Below, piece after piece: positions 46,624 through 56,194 of a stretch of 64,000 nt of DNA. Position 1 is the stretch's first letter. Every line of letters starts with the position of its first letter. The notes under the pieces were generated by a model. That model ran no database searches and was not told the DNA's origin. It was given only the letters and a program-made list of their open reading frames with translations. Source of the DNA: Minisyncoccota bacterium (GTDB taxonomy: Bacteria > Patescibacteriota > Minisyncoccia > Phycocordibacterales > UBA5272). The stretch covers positions 7,488 through 71,487 of the forward strand of contig JAGORG010000001.1 in assembly GCA_018062965.1 (NCBI GenBank), given 5' to 3'. Position numbers and translations under genes: made by a program.

Positions 46624-48801
46624 ATGCATACATCTACAAAAAGAAGAAAATTTACCAAGCGCTTTATCCGTGAAGTGTTCTTCTTGGGTGCGGCTGTATC
46701 TTTTTTAATTGTCACCTGCGTGATTATTTGGGTAGCAAGCCTTGAACTTCCTGATTTTAATAATTTTGAAAACAGAACAGTAGCAAACTCAACCAAAATA
46801 TATGATAGAACAGGAAAAACCGTTCTCTATAATATTCATGACAACGTAAAACGAACAGAAATACCCCTTTCTGAAGTGAGTCCGTATATACAACAAGCAA
46901 CGGTTTCTATAGAAGACGCGCATTTCTATGAGCATCACGGGTTTAGACCTGTGGCATTTTTGCGTGCAGCTCTTGCAAACGTAACAACTGGTAGCTTTTC
47001 ACAAGGAGGTTCAACAATTACACAGCAGGTTGTAAAAAATGCACTTCTCACTAGAGATAAAACTGTTACTAGAAAAATAAAGGAAATTGTTCTTGCCCTT
47101 AAACTAGACGCTCAGGTAAGTAAGGATATGATTTTACAGATTTATCTTAACGAGAGCCCGTATGGCGGGACTGTGTACGGTATAGAAGAAGCCTCTCTTG
47201 GGTTTTTTGGTAAACATGCGAAAGATGTAACATTAACAGAAGCTGCGTACCTCGCATCTCTTCCTCAATCCCCTACTCGCCTATCCCCTTATGGAGCAAA
47301 CAGAAACTTACTTGAGAAAAGAAAAAATCTTGTCCTTGAACGAATGTATGAGCTTGGTTATATAACTGAGGATGAAAAAAATAACTCACAAAAAGAAGTA
47401 CTTACATTTGAACAAGATGTAACAAGTAGCGGTAAAGCGCTTCATTTTATATTTTATCTACGAGAATATCTTGAGGAAAAATACGGTAAGGATGTGGTAG
47501 AAAATGGCGGGTTAAAAGTTATATCTACTATTGATTATGATCTACAAAAAGAATTTGAAACTATTGTAAAAGAGGGCGCTCTTGAAAATGAAAAGAAGTT
47601 CCAGGCGCGTAATGCTGCACTTGTTGCAATAGATCCAAAAACTGGACAGATTATATCTATGGTTGGATCACGAGATTTCTTTGATAAGGAAATACCTGGT
47701 CAATACAATATCGCAACTGCACTCCGACAACCTGGTTCATCATTTAAACCTATTGTGTATGCTGCGGCGTTTATGCTCGGATATACACCAGAAACAATTC
47801 TTTTTGATGTTCCTACACAATTCAGTTCGCTGTGTGATGCATTTGGAAATCCAAAAGCGGGTGTTGATGAGAGTGCTTGTTACATGCCAGGAAACTATGA
47901 CGACATGTTCCGTGGTCCTATATCTCTACGAGACGCTCTTGCTCAATCACTTAACATTCCTGCGGTAAAACTACTCTATCTATCTGGACTTAAAAACGCT
48001 GTTACCGTCGCGCAGTCTATGGGATTATCAACTATAACAGATCCTGCTCGGTATGGTCTATCTCTTGTACTTGGTGGTGGTGAAATAACTCTTCTAGAAT
48101 TAACAAATGCGTACGGTGTATTTGCGAACAATGGCGTGTATCACAAACCAACAGGGATACTTGAAGTACGAGATATAGATGGGAATCTGTTAGAAAAGTA
48201 CAGTGACTCAGGAAAAGAGGTTTTATCTGAATCTGTAACATCACTCATTTCAAGTGTTTTATCTGATAATGAAGCACGAACCCCAGCATATGGTTCAAAC
48301 TCTGCTCTTTATTTTAATGAACGACCAGTGGCAGCTAAAACAGGTACAACAAACGATTATCGTGATGTGTGGATTGTTGGATACACTCCTTCTTTAGTTA
48401 TTGGTATGTGGGCTGGTAATAACGATAATAAACCAATAGATAAGCGAGTTGCTGGTTTTGTAATTGCCCCTATTTGGCATAAAACAATGGACTACGCACT
48501 AAAAAATACTCCTATTGAGTATTTCCCTGAACCACTCCCAAACACCTCATCTAAGCCGATTTTACGGGGTGAGTGGTGTACTTCAGAAGGAGCTCACGAA
48601 ATACTACATTATGTAGAAAAAGATAATCCAGATGGTCCTTATCCATCTAACCCATACTCTGACGCTCAGTACTCATTATGGGAGACAGGTCTTCAATCAT
48701 GGCTTAGTAAAAACTCTTTTGGTTGTAGTGCTGCATATACTGATACAGACTCAATAAACGGAATTAACCCTGTTATTATCGCAACTACAACTGTTCAATA
48801 A
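46624..48801 (+). CDS. bifunctional penicillin-binding protein 1A (glycosyltransferase + transpeptidase)
   Basis: IEDAHFYEHHGF, QGGSTITQQ, SSFKP. Confidence 0.85.
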   Translation: MHTSTKRRKFTKRFIREVFFLGAAVSFLIVTCVIIWVASLELPDFNNFENRTVANSTKIYDRTGKTVLYNIHDNVKRTEIPLSEVSPYIQQATVSIEDAHFYEHHGFRPVAFLRAALANVTTGSFSQGGSTITQQVVKNALLTRDKTVTRKIKEIVLALKLDAQVSKDMILQIYLNESPYGGTVYGIEEASLGFFGKHAKDVTLTEAAYLASLPQSPTRLSPYGANRNLLEKRKNLVLERMYELGYITEDEKNNSQKEVLTFEQDVTSSGKALHFIFYLREYLEEKYGKDVVENGGLKVISTIDYDLQKEFETIVKEGALENEKKFQARNAALVAIDPKTGQIISMVGSRDFFDKEIPGQYNIATALRQPGSSFKPIVYAAAFMLGYTPETILFDVPTQFSSLCDAFGNPKAGVDESACYMPGNYDDMFRGPISLRDALAQSLNIPAVKLLYLSGLKNAVTVAQSMGLSTITDPARYGLSLVLGGGEITLLELTNAYGVFANNGVYHKPTGILEVRDIDGNLLEKYSDSGKEVLSESVTSLISSVLSDNEARTPAYGSNSALYFNERPVAAKTGTTNDYRDVWIVGYTPSLVIGMWAGNNDNKPIDKRVAGFVIAPIWHKTMDYALKNTPIEYFPEPLPNTSSKPILRGEWCTSEGAHEILHYVEKDNPDGPYPSNPYSDAQYSLWETGLQSWLSKNSFGCSAAYTDTDSINGINPVIIATTTVQ

Positions 48802-49028
48802 CTAAGTGTATACCCTTCATGTCCAAGAAGATCTTGTATATGCTTTTTATGAAGTTTGTTTTTTTGAACTGAAGTTATATTGAGGTGTATATTCATACCT
48901 GTAACTTCGATACACGATTCATCAAGTGTCACCCCTGTTACGTCTTCAATATACATAACTAAACTTTTTTTAAATGAGTTTCTTGCTTCTATATGGTGTT
49001 TATATTTCGCAAAAAGATTAATCTCCAT
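48795..49028 (-). CDS. hypothetical small protein (77 aa)
   Basis: ORF only. Confidence 0.25.
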   Translation of the reverse strand: MEINLFAKYKHHIEARNSFKKSLVMYIEDVTGVTLDESCIEVTGMNIHLNITSVQKNKLHKKHIQDLLGHEGYTLSY

Positions 49029-49031
49029 AGA

Positions 49032-50120
49032 TTACCTATTAAGAGGCATAAGTAGGTATGTAAATGTTGCATCATTTCCACTAATAAACATTGCTCGTTC
49101 TTGTGTTGTAAACGAAAGATGAACTTGGTTACCAGATATATGTGGTAGTACATCTAAGAAATATCTGTTGTTGTATTGCGCTTCAATATCTCCACCTGTT
49201 TGTGTTGCTTGTATTGAATATGTTGCCTGCCCAAGAGCTTCATTTCTACTATGAAGAGTGAGTGTGTTATTTGTGAGGATACATTTTACTTGTGCGTAGT
49301 TCTCTGTGAAGTACGTTGTTATATTAAGTGTTTTTTGAAGATCTTCTTTTGAGATAGTTGCTGTAGTAGTAAATTCTTTAGGGAAAAGTTGTCTATAATC
49401 TGGGAATTGACCTGTAATAATATGAACACAGAGGGTTGTTGTTTCATGGGTAAAATTAACAATTCCTTCATGTTTTGAAACAACAACATCCCCTTCTTCA
49501 TCTTGAAGGATTGAAACGATATCATTGATATGTTTTTGAGGTATAAGAAGAGATGTTGTAAATGGATTTTGTAGTTGAATTCTTTTTTCAGCTAAACGAT
49601 ATGAGTCTGTTGCAACAGCGACTAAAGATTCTTCATGTTGATAAATATATACTGATGCTATTTCTGGTTTTATTTCTGTTGTTGCTGCACAAAAGGAAAC
49701 TTCTTTTATTAATGCGATAAAAGTTTGTATATCAACAGTTCCAATATGTTCACCTTGTGGTGGTAGTTTAGGAAAATCTTCTTGTGGTGTTGTTTTTATT
49801 TCTATAACACCCCCTTCTTTACGAATAGAAAAAATACCATCAATAAGTTCACATGTAATAGTTGCATCATTTGATTGCAAAAAATTACTTATTTTAGATA
49901 TTGTTTCTCCATGAACAATACATGATCCATTTTGAATACCTTTAACAGGAATACTTTTTTCACAACTCATTTCTAAGTTAGTTGCTCGTATTGTGAGTAT
50001 ATGATTATCTAACTCAAGATAAATATCTTGAAGGTATGCATGTGTTTGTTGGTGACTACGGGCTTTACCGACTTGTTGTATAGCTCCAACAAGTACATAC
50101 CCCTTACATTCGAATTTCAT
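49032..50120 (-). CDS. dnaN: DNA polymerase III beta sliding clamp
   Basis: three-domain 362-aa protein downstream of dnaA, N-terminus MKFECKG... Confidence 0.8.
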   Translation of the reverse strand: MKFECKGYVLVGAIQQVGKARSHQQTHAYLQDIYLELDNHILTIRATNLEMSCEKSIPVKGIQNGSCIVHGETISKISNFLQSNDATITCELIDGIFSIRKEGGVIEIKTTPQEDFPKLPPQGEHIGTVDIQTFIALIKEVSFCAATTEIKPEIASVYIYQHEESLVAVATDSYRLAEKRIQLQNPFTTSLLIPQKHINDIVSILQDEEGDVVVSKHEGIVNFTHETTTLCVHIITGQFPDYRQLFPKEFTTTATISKEDLQKTLNITTYFTENYAQVKCILTNNTLTLHSRNEALGQATYSIQATQTGGDIEAQYNNRYFLDVLPHISGNQVHLSFTTQERAMFISGNDATFTYLLMPLNR

Positions 50121-50343
50121 AGGTTAAGTATATATAAAATATAATATTAAGTATATCTATGTGTATTATGTGGAGATATATAAATATACTTATATTATAA
50201 AGGTTTTTTAGGTATAGATAGTGTATTTAAAAACCTAACAACTAGTTTTAATTTGTGTATAAAAGAGAGGTTTTAAAAGTTATACACTAACAACATAACT
50301 TTATGCACAGATCTATACCAAGTTTTCAACAGGTTATTAACAT
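50121..50343. promoter_or_regulatory. probable oriC: AT-rich dnaA-dnaN intergenic region with DnaA-box-like 9-mers (TTATGCACA, TGTGGAGAT, TTATACACT)
   Basis: position plus box matches to TTATCCACA with 1-2 mismatches. Confidence 0.55.
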
Positions 50344-51681
50344 CTACACTAAAATAGCTCTAATATCCTCAATCTCTTTATGTAAAACACCATCAGATAC
50401 GAGGTTATTTTTAATTTTTTCATACGAATGTATAACAGTCGTGTGATCTCTTCCCCCTAACTTATCACCAATCATTGGATAAGAGATATCGAAATCCTCA
50501 CGTAAAATATACATAACCACCTGACGAGGTTTTACAACATCTTTTCTTCTTGTTTTATTATATATATGAATATCTGGAATTTGGTAATAATCAGCAATTA
50601 TTTTAACAATCTCAGGAATTGATATGGTTTTCTTTGCTCGAGCAGTATTTTTAAGGATTGTTTTAACATCAGGAAGAGTAAGAGGTTGTTGTTTTATTTG
50701 AACATACGCAAGTAATGATGTCATAACACCCTCAAGTTCTCGAATATTTCCTTGTACTGTTTCAGCAACATATTCCAAAACATCGTGAGGGATTTTATCG
50801 TAACCATCTTTTGTTTTTGCTTTAAGGATAGCTAGACGTGATTCAAATGATGGTGGGTTTACATCAACAATCATCCCCTGATTAAAACGAGATCGTAGAC
50901 GCTCCTCAAGTCCAGATATCATATTAGGGTGCACATCAGATGAAAAGATGATTTGTTTATTCATCTCATATAAAGCGTTAAATAGATGAAATAGTTCATC
51001 TTGAGTCTTTTCTTTACCGTTAATGAACTGTATATCGTCCATAATAAAAACATCATATTTTCTATACTTTTCTTTAAATGTATTGATTTTGTTAAGCCCT
51101 GTTGCATTAACATAATCCATATAAAACTTTTCAAGTGATGTGTAAAATATTTTACGATCAGAATATTTTCTTTTAATAGTATTTCCTATAGCTTGCATCA
51201 AATGCGTCTTCCCAAGACCTGTTTTTCCATAAATAAAGAAAGGATTATATACAATACCTAAGCCATTTATAATAGCTTGGGAACATGCATACGCAACTTC
51301 ATTAAATGGTCCAACAACAAAGGTATCAAATGTGTAACGAGGATTAAGCCCATCATCTTTGTTGATATAAAGATCTTGGAGTGGGAGTGTTTGCCCAGTG
51401 ATGGTTATGTGTTGTGCTTTCTTTTGAAGTGCTTCAGGTTTTACAACGGTAAATGAAACAGAACGTACTCCATCATGAATAATACGTAAAATACGAAGGA
51501 TGAATTTGTGATATTTTTGATTCAACCAATCTTTAACAAATTCATTTGGGACACCAATAGTTACGTCGCCATCTTTATAGTCGATAACTTTCGTGTTTTT
51601 AAACCACGTATTAAAGTTGACCCGAGAAAGCTCTAATTCTATTTGAGACAATGCACTATTCCAGAGTTGCTGATAATCCAT
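50344..51681 (-). CDS. dnaA: chromosomal replication initiator DnaA
   Basis: Walker A GKTGLGKTHL, sensor motifs, C-terminal DNA-binding domain VVKPRQVVMYIL. Confidence 0.9.
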   Translation of the reverse strand: MDYQQLWNSALSQIELELSRVNFNTWFKNTKVIDYKDGDVTIGVPNEFVKDWLNQKYHKFILRILRIIHDGVRSVSFTVVKPEALQKKAQHITITGQTLPLQDLYINKDDGLNPRYTFDTFVVGPFNEVAYACSQAIINGLGIVYNPFFIYGKTGLGKTHLMQAIGNTIKRKYSDRKIFYTSLEKFYMDYVNATGLNKINTFKEKYRKYDVFIMDDIQFINGKEKTQDELFHLFNALYEMNKQIIFSSDVHPNMISGLEERLRSRFNQGMIVDVNPPSFESRLAILKAKTKDGYDKIPHDVLEYVAETVQGNIRELEGVMTSLLAYVQIKQQPLTLPDVKTILKNTARAKKTISIPEIVKIIADYYQIPDIHIYNKTRRKDVVKPRQVVMYILREDFDISYPMIGDKLGGRDHTTVIHSYEKIKNNLVSDGVLHKEIEDIRAILV

Positions 51682-51781
51682 AGTTTTGTAGTATACACAT
51701 CCTTTTTCAGTAAATCGAGACGGTGGTACCTAGGAGTATACGCCTGTTGATTTATCTTTGCCACTCATGTAGAATAGCCCC

Positions 51782-51916
51782 ATGTCAATTACATATAACC
51801 CAAAACGAAAGAAGCGAGGAACAACACACGGATTCCTCGTTCGTATGGCCTCAAAAGGAGGGCGAAAGGTGCTTTCACGTCGCCGTAGCTCAGGACGCAA
51901 AAAACTCTCTGTATAA
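51782..51916 (+). CDS. rpmH: 50S ribosomal protein L34
   Basis: [44 protein letters not shown] (44 aa), not in ORF track because of length. Confidence 0.85.
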   Translation: MSITYNPKRKKRGTTHGFLVRMASKGGRKVLSRRRSSGRKKLSV

Positions 51917-51943
51917 ACCCTTGGTGTATACAAACCTGTACCC

Positions 51944-52258
51944 ATGCCCCCTCTATCGGAACGTCTAACAAAAAAAGACTTCTCGTTGTTTGCTAAGAAA
52001 AAACTGATACGATCAGACTTGTTAGATATTGCTTATATAGAAGCACCTAAACATAAAGTTGCTTGTGTTATAGCAAAAAAACACATCAAAAAAGCGGTTG
52101 CTAGAAATAAATTACGTAGAAAGTTCTATCATGCATATATAGCTGTCCGCCCAGAAAAGCCGTATATGGTAGTTTTGTACCCAAAACCACAAGCTCAGTA
52201 TGTGTCATATGGAACACTTCTTGATACACTACAGAAGCTCCTTACCCCACTCTCCTAA
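51944..52258 (+). CDS. rnpA: RNase P protein component
   Basis: KKAVARNKLRRKF motif; position after rpmH. Confidence 0.8.
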   Translation: MPPLSERLTKKDFSLFAKKKLIRSDLLDIAYIEAPKHKVACVIAKKHIKKAVARNKLRRKFYHAYIAVRPEKPYMVVLYPKPQAQYVSYGTLLDTLQKLLTPLS

Positions 52259-52269
52259 TTTAACTCTAT

Positions 52270-53004
52270 ATGTTCCATACTATTTTTTACGAACCAATAT
52301 ACAATCTTCTTGTTATTGCTCTTACATACGCTCCGCTGCACGATGTTGGTATATCAATCATTTTTGTTACATGTGTAGTTAAGTTTATCCTCTTACCCCT
52401 TAACTTATCTGCAACACGAAGTCAGTACGCTCTTAAGCGAGTCGAAAAAGAAATGGCGGATATAAAAGACTCGTACAAAAAAAATCCCCAAGAAGCTTCA
52501 AAAAAGATGATGGAAATATATAAGCGTGAAAACATAAATCCGTTTTCTAGTATCTTTGCTGTGCTTATTCAAATTCCTATTTTTCTAGCACTTTATTTTG
52601 TGTTTTCAAAAGGATTGGTCAGTGACCCAAATTCTCTCTACTCATTCCTTAGCTTCCCAGAAGTTTTACACAACGAAGCTTTCGGTGTGCTTGATGTTAC
52701 AAAAAGAAGTATCGTCATTGCTCTTCTAACTGGGATAAGTGCTTATGTATTAGCTCGTCGCCAAACATCAACTATGGTGAGCACAAAGCAACCCCATGAA
52801 GAAACATTCCAAGATCATTTCATGAAGTCTATGAGAGTGCAGTTACTATATGTTTTACCTGTTATTATTGGTGTTTCTGCCTTTGTTTTACCTGCTGCGC
52901 TTGGATTGTATTGGACAACAAGTAATCTCCTTGGAATACTTCAAGATGTGTATATTAAGCGTAAGTTCTTTAACGAAACCAAAGTTAATCCTCTAGTGAA
53001 ATAA
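52270..53004 (+). CDS. yidC: membrane protein insertase YidC (short form)
   Basis: 5-TM 244-aa protein after rnpA. Confidence 0.75.
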   Translation: MFHTIFYEPIYNLLVIALTYAPLHDVGISIIFVTCVVKFILLPLNLSATRSQYALKRVEKEMADIKDSYKKNPQEASKKMMEIYKRENINPFSSIFAVLIQIPIFLALYFVFSKGLVSDPNSLYSFLSFPEVLHNEAFGVLDVTKRSIVIALLTGISAYVLARRQTSTMVSTKQPHEETFQDHFMKSMRVQLLYVLPVIIGVSAFVLPAALGLYWTTSNLLGILQDVYIKRKFFNETKVNPLVK

Positions 53005-54286
53005 GGCGAGGAATATTTACTAACCAAAGCGCCCCGTCTTTTTTGTTGGTAAATGCAAGTAATGTATCGTTGGTATCAAGAAGAAGATTCTCCATATCAA
53101 TAGGTTGACCCAGTTCCTGCCCTATGTTGAATGTAAACGTAGAAGCCCCTTCCGCCACACTTACTATCGTTAAGGAATCACTAAATGAAGTCCTTCCCTG
53201 GTACCAATCATCAGGAAGACCTTCAACGGGTGTTGATAGTTTTTCAGGAACACCACAAACAGTAAACAACGCAGATGTTTCCCATACACACTTATCAGCA
53301 AGTGTTCGTATACTAAGAACTTTTGTTTCCCCTGTTCTCACATCAAAATAAAATGTTGCCAAACCAGAGCGTGACCACATACTGGCAAGGTAGAGTGTAT
53401 TTTTTGTTGATGGACTTATCATGAGTCCTGTTTTTTGTGCCAGTGTTCGAGCGGATGTTTGTGCATCTAATACAACACCTTCTACATATGCAGATGGTTT
53501 TGAAACAAGAAGTGGTGTTTTTCCTGCATAGCTGATATTCCATTCAGATAAAGGGATATCAGTGCGAGTTATTTTTTTATCCAAAGAGATGGTGTACAAA
53601 GAAGAACCTGTTGTGTTTGGCACAATATATGAAATAAGTGTCCCATCAGGTGACATATCAACAGATGATATGTTGTTCGGCAGTGAAGAGTTGCCTTCGA
53701 CTGGAAGAGGGTCTCTACCAGGAGCAACACGAGGAATGTCTATAAGAGTTGATATAGTATCACCTGTTGAAGTGTCGTACGAACGAACAAGAGCTCTTCT
53801 TCCGTCGCGGTATATGTAAGCATCAAACACACCTGGCATTAAGGTGTTTGTTATTTGGTCAATATTTTGTGTCAGTGTGTCATATCCATAAACGTATCCA
53901 GTCGTCCTGTCTATAAACATCAAACTTGTTGATGTTGCACGTTCTTGGCGGGTTATGGGTGTACCAGAAGCGGTTGTCGAAGTTGCCCCTAGTAGGTATT
54001 GATAGTCAACAAATTGATACCCAGCAACAGGATTGGGCCATATTTTTAACATAGGGAAGTTATCTTCAATAGAAATCTGTTGGGTCGTCGTCGATCCATC
54101 CTGGTAAGGTGAATCGGTAACAAATTGAGATATAAAACGCGAAGCGGCTACACCAAATGGATTAGATGATGGGTTTGAGGTAAGAGTCCCAGGAGAAGAT
54201 GTGTCTCTACCAAAGAAGATATAGAGTGTTACACCTGCTGTTATAACAAGCACCACAGCAAAAAGGATATAGATGTTTCTTCGCAT
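52985..54286 (-). CDS. secreted hypothetical protein (N-terminal TM/signal), beta-rich
   Basis: MRRNIYILFAVVLVITAGV. Confidence 0.45.
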   Translation of the reverse strand: MRRNIYILFAVVLVITAGVTLYIFFGRDTSSPGTLTSNPSSNPFGVAASRFISQFVTDSPYQDGSTTTQQISIEDNFPMLKIWPNPVAGYQFVDYQYLLGATSTTASGTPITRQERATSTSLMFIDRTTGYVYGYDTLTQNIDQITNTLMPGVFDAYIYRDGRRALVRSYDTSTGDTISTLIDIPRVAPGRDPLPVEGNSSLPNNISSVDMSPDGTLISYIVPNTTGSSLYTISLDKKITRTDIPLSEWNISYAGKTPLLVSKPSAYVEGVVLDAQTSARTLAQKTGLMISPSTKNTLYLASMWSRSGLATFYFDVRTGETKVLSIRTLADKCVWETSALFTVCGVPEKLSTPVEGLPDDWYQGRTSFSDSLTIVSVAEGASTFTFNIGQELGQPIDMENLLLDTNDTLLAFTNKKDGALWLVNIPRLISLED

Positions 54287-54335
54287 AGTCTTGTTGTTAG
54301 TATAGCAAAATTACTGGTTCCTCTGATGTATACAG

Positions 54336-55205
54336 CTATTTATTAACATGCCAATGTGCCCCTGTTGTTTTTGCGTAAGCTCCTTGCCCTTCGTTACAAA
54401 ATCTCCACCCCTGGAAAACATATACAACACCACCAGCACATCTACCACTTGTTGGACTTGTTGGTTGACGTTTAATGTAGGCGTCCAAAGTAGAGTTGCC
54501 TATTTGAACATCAACAGCGGAGACTCCTGGACCGTGTGTGCTATGTGCCCACCACTCTGTCCCTCCAGAAATAACAACTTTACAATTACATGCTGCTTGT
54601 AACTGGATAAGCATTGATATAACATCCGCAGGTAAAAGTCCAACATTTGTACATCTCTCTTGTCCAACACGCGTACACCATGAACTATTATTGTTCGTTT
54701 CAACTTTACCAGATAGTAATCCGCGCACACGTTGTTCGTCAGCAAGAATTTCTTGAAGTTTACTGTTTGGGCAGTTCCTATCTACACACGCCCCTGCTGG
54801 TAATGTTGTTGGGGTTGATGATGATGTGGTACCGCCAGGTGCGGTGCTTGTCCCGGTTGTTGTGGTCTGCACAGGGATATCTATTGGTTTGAAACTAATT
54901 TCTCCTCGAAGTAAGTCTGGGTTTACTTGGTATAAAATTAGCCACAGCGCGAGTACGCCAATAACTCCATATGTTGCACGTACAATGTCTTCTTTTATTT
55001 CTCGAGCTTTATTCCCAGAATCAGCTGCGGTGAGACGTAAACCACCGATAGCAACTATCGCCGCTCCTGCGAGTAAACAAGCAACAATACCAAGTAACCA
55101 CATATATGAAAAAACTTCCCCTATCGAAGCAGTTATCGCTCCAAAAGAAGTACTTATCCCAGAAAAAACAGGAAGATCTTGCTGGAGAAGGTTGTAGGTT
55201 GCCAT
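54336..55205 (-). CDS. membrane-anchored protein with Thr/Ser-rich linker and C-terminal M15-type (VanY/DD-peptidase-like) zinc peptidase domain
   Basis: STHGPGVSAVD fits SxHxxGxAxD; later AHWH. Confidence 0.5.
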   Translation of the reverse strand: MATYNLLQQDLPVFSGISTSFGAITASIGEVFSYMWLLGIVACLLAGAAIVAIGGLRLTAADSGNKAREIKEDIVRATYGVIGVLALWLILYQVNPDLLRGEISFKPIDIPVQTTTTGTSTAPGGTTSSSTPTTLPAGACVDRNCPNSKLQEILADEQRVRGLLSGKVETNNNSSWCTRVGQERCTNVGLLPADVISMLIQLQAACNCKVVISGGTEWWAHSTHGPGVSAVDVQIGNSTLDAYIKRQPTSPTSGRCAGGVVYVFQGWRFCNEGQGAYAKTTGAHWHVNK

Positions 55206-55225
55206 AACGTTAAGAAAAGTATACT

Positions 55226-56194
55226 CTATTTTCTGCTATCAAAGACAATTTCAACTCTAGCTTCAGTTTTTTGTAGTTTTCTCTTCAGTTGATCTATAGA
55301 AACAACAAGTGTTTGTGCACCATAACTGTCATCTTTTGGGCGAAGTGTTGTTGTATAAAGTGAACTCTGTGTGATAGGTAACCCATTAAGTGTCCATGAA
55401 AACCGTTCACTCCCACGCGGTGTTCCTTTTGTTGATAGGTAATATGGTGCAAGATAGAGCGTGACTTCTTTTGTTGTTTCAAAACGACGAATAAAACCAT
55501 ACGAGGTGTTTGGGCCAAGGATTGTGTCGTGTGTATAAAATAAAGGCATAACAGCATGTGGTCGAATCGTTACACTGTTCTCACTTTGTGAACCGGATTC
55601 GCTCCGCACTATTACTTTGACGATGTGTTCGTTTCGTAAGTAATCAAGACTTGTTGTAAAAGTAGATTTTCCCCTACCAGATGCAGATTGAACAAATTCA
55701 CCATGTACATACCATGCGTATGATAAATTTGTTGCTGGAATACGTTTATTGTTTTCAAAAAACTCAGGGAATGCAGTCACTGTAATAGCTGCCCCCTCCC
55801 CAGGAAGAGCTTTTCCTTTGTAAAAAGGAGGAGTATAGCTTTCAGGTGACTCCCATAGAAGCGTAACAGATTGAGGTGAAAAAACTCTTGATAACCCAAT
55901 CTCTTCTCCAGAACCGTCTCGTGCTGTGAGCTCAACAGTTGTTTTTGTCCCTGGTCCACCAAGAGTTACGTTAAGAGTCTTTTCGCCAACACTGGAACGA
56001 ACAGTTACACCATTTACTTTCCAAGTTAGGAGTGCATTATCGACATCAAAAGAATAACTTTGAACGGTAACTTTGAGGGTTTCGTACGGGTTAATGTTAT
56101 TCGTTGGTATGATCAAATCAGCAGATAGTTGAGCCTGGGCGATGCCAAGGGATATACCAAGGGAACATAGTGCTAAGGTAAAAAAGCGAATCAT
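55226..56194 (-). CDS. secreted hypothetical protein
   Basis: signal MIRFFTLALCSLGISLGIAQA. Confidence 0.45.
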   Translation of the reverse strand: MIRFFTLALCSLGISLGIAQAQLSADLIIPTNNINPYETLKVTVQSYSFDVDNALLTWKVNGVTVRSSVGEKTLNVTLGGPGTKTTVELTARDGSGEEIGLSRVFSPQSVTLLWESPESYTPPFYKGKALPGEGAAITVTAFPEFFENNKRIPATNLSYAWYVHGEFVQSASGRGKSTFTTSLDYLRNEHIVKVIVRSESGSQSENSVTIRPHAVMPLFYTHDTILGPNTSYGFIRRFETTKEVTLYLAPYYLSTKGTPRGSERFSWTLNGLPITQSSLYTTTLRPKDDSYGAQTLVVSIDQLKRKLQKTEARVEIVFDSRK

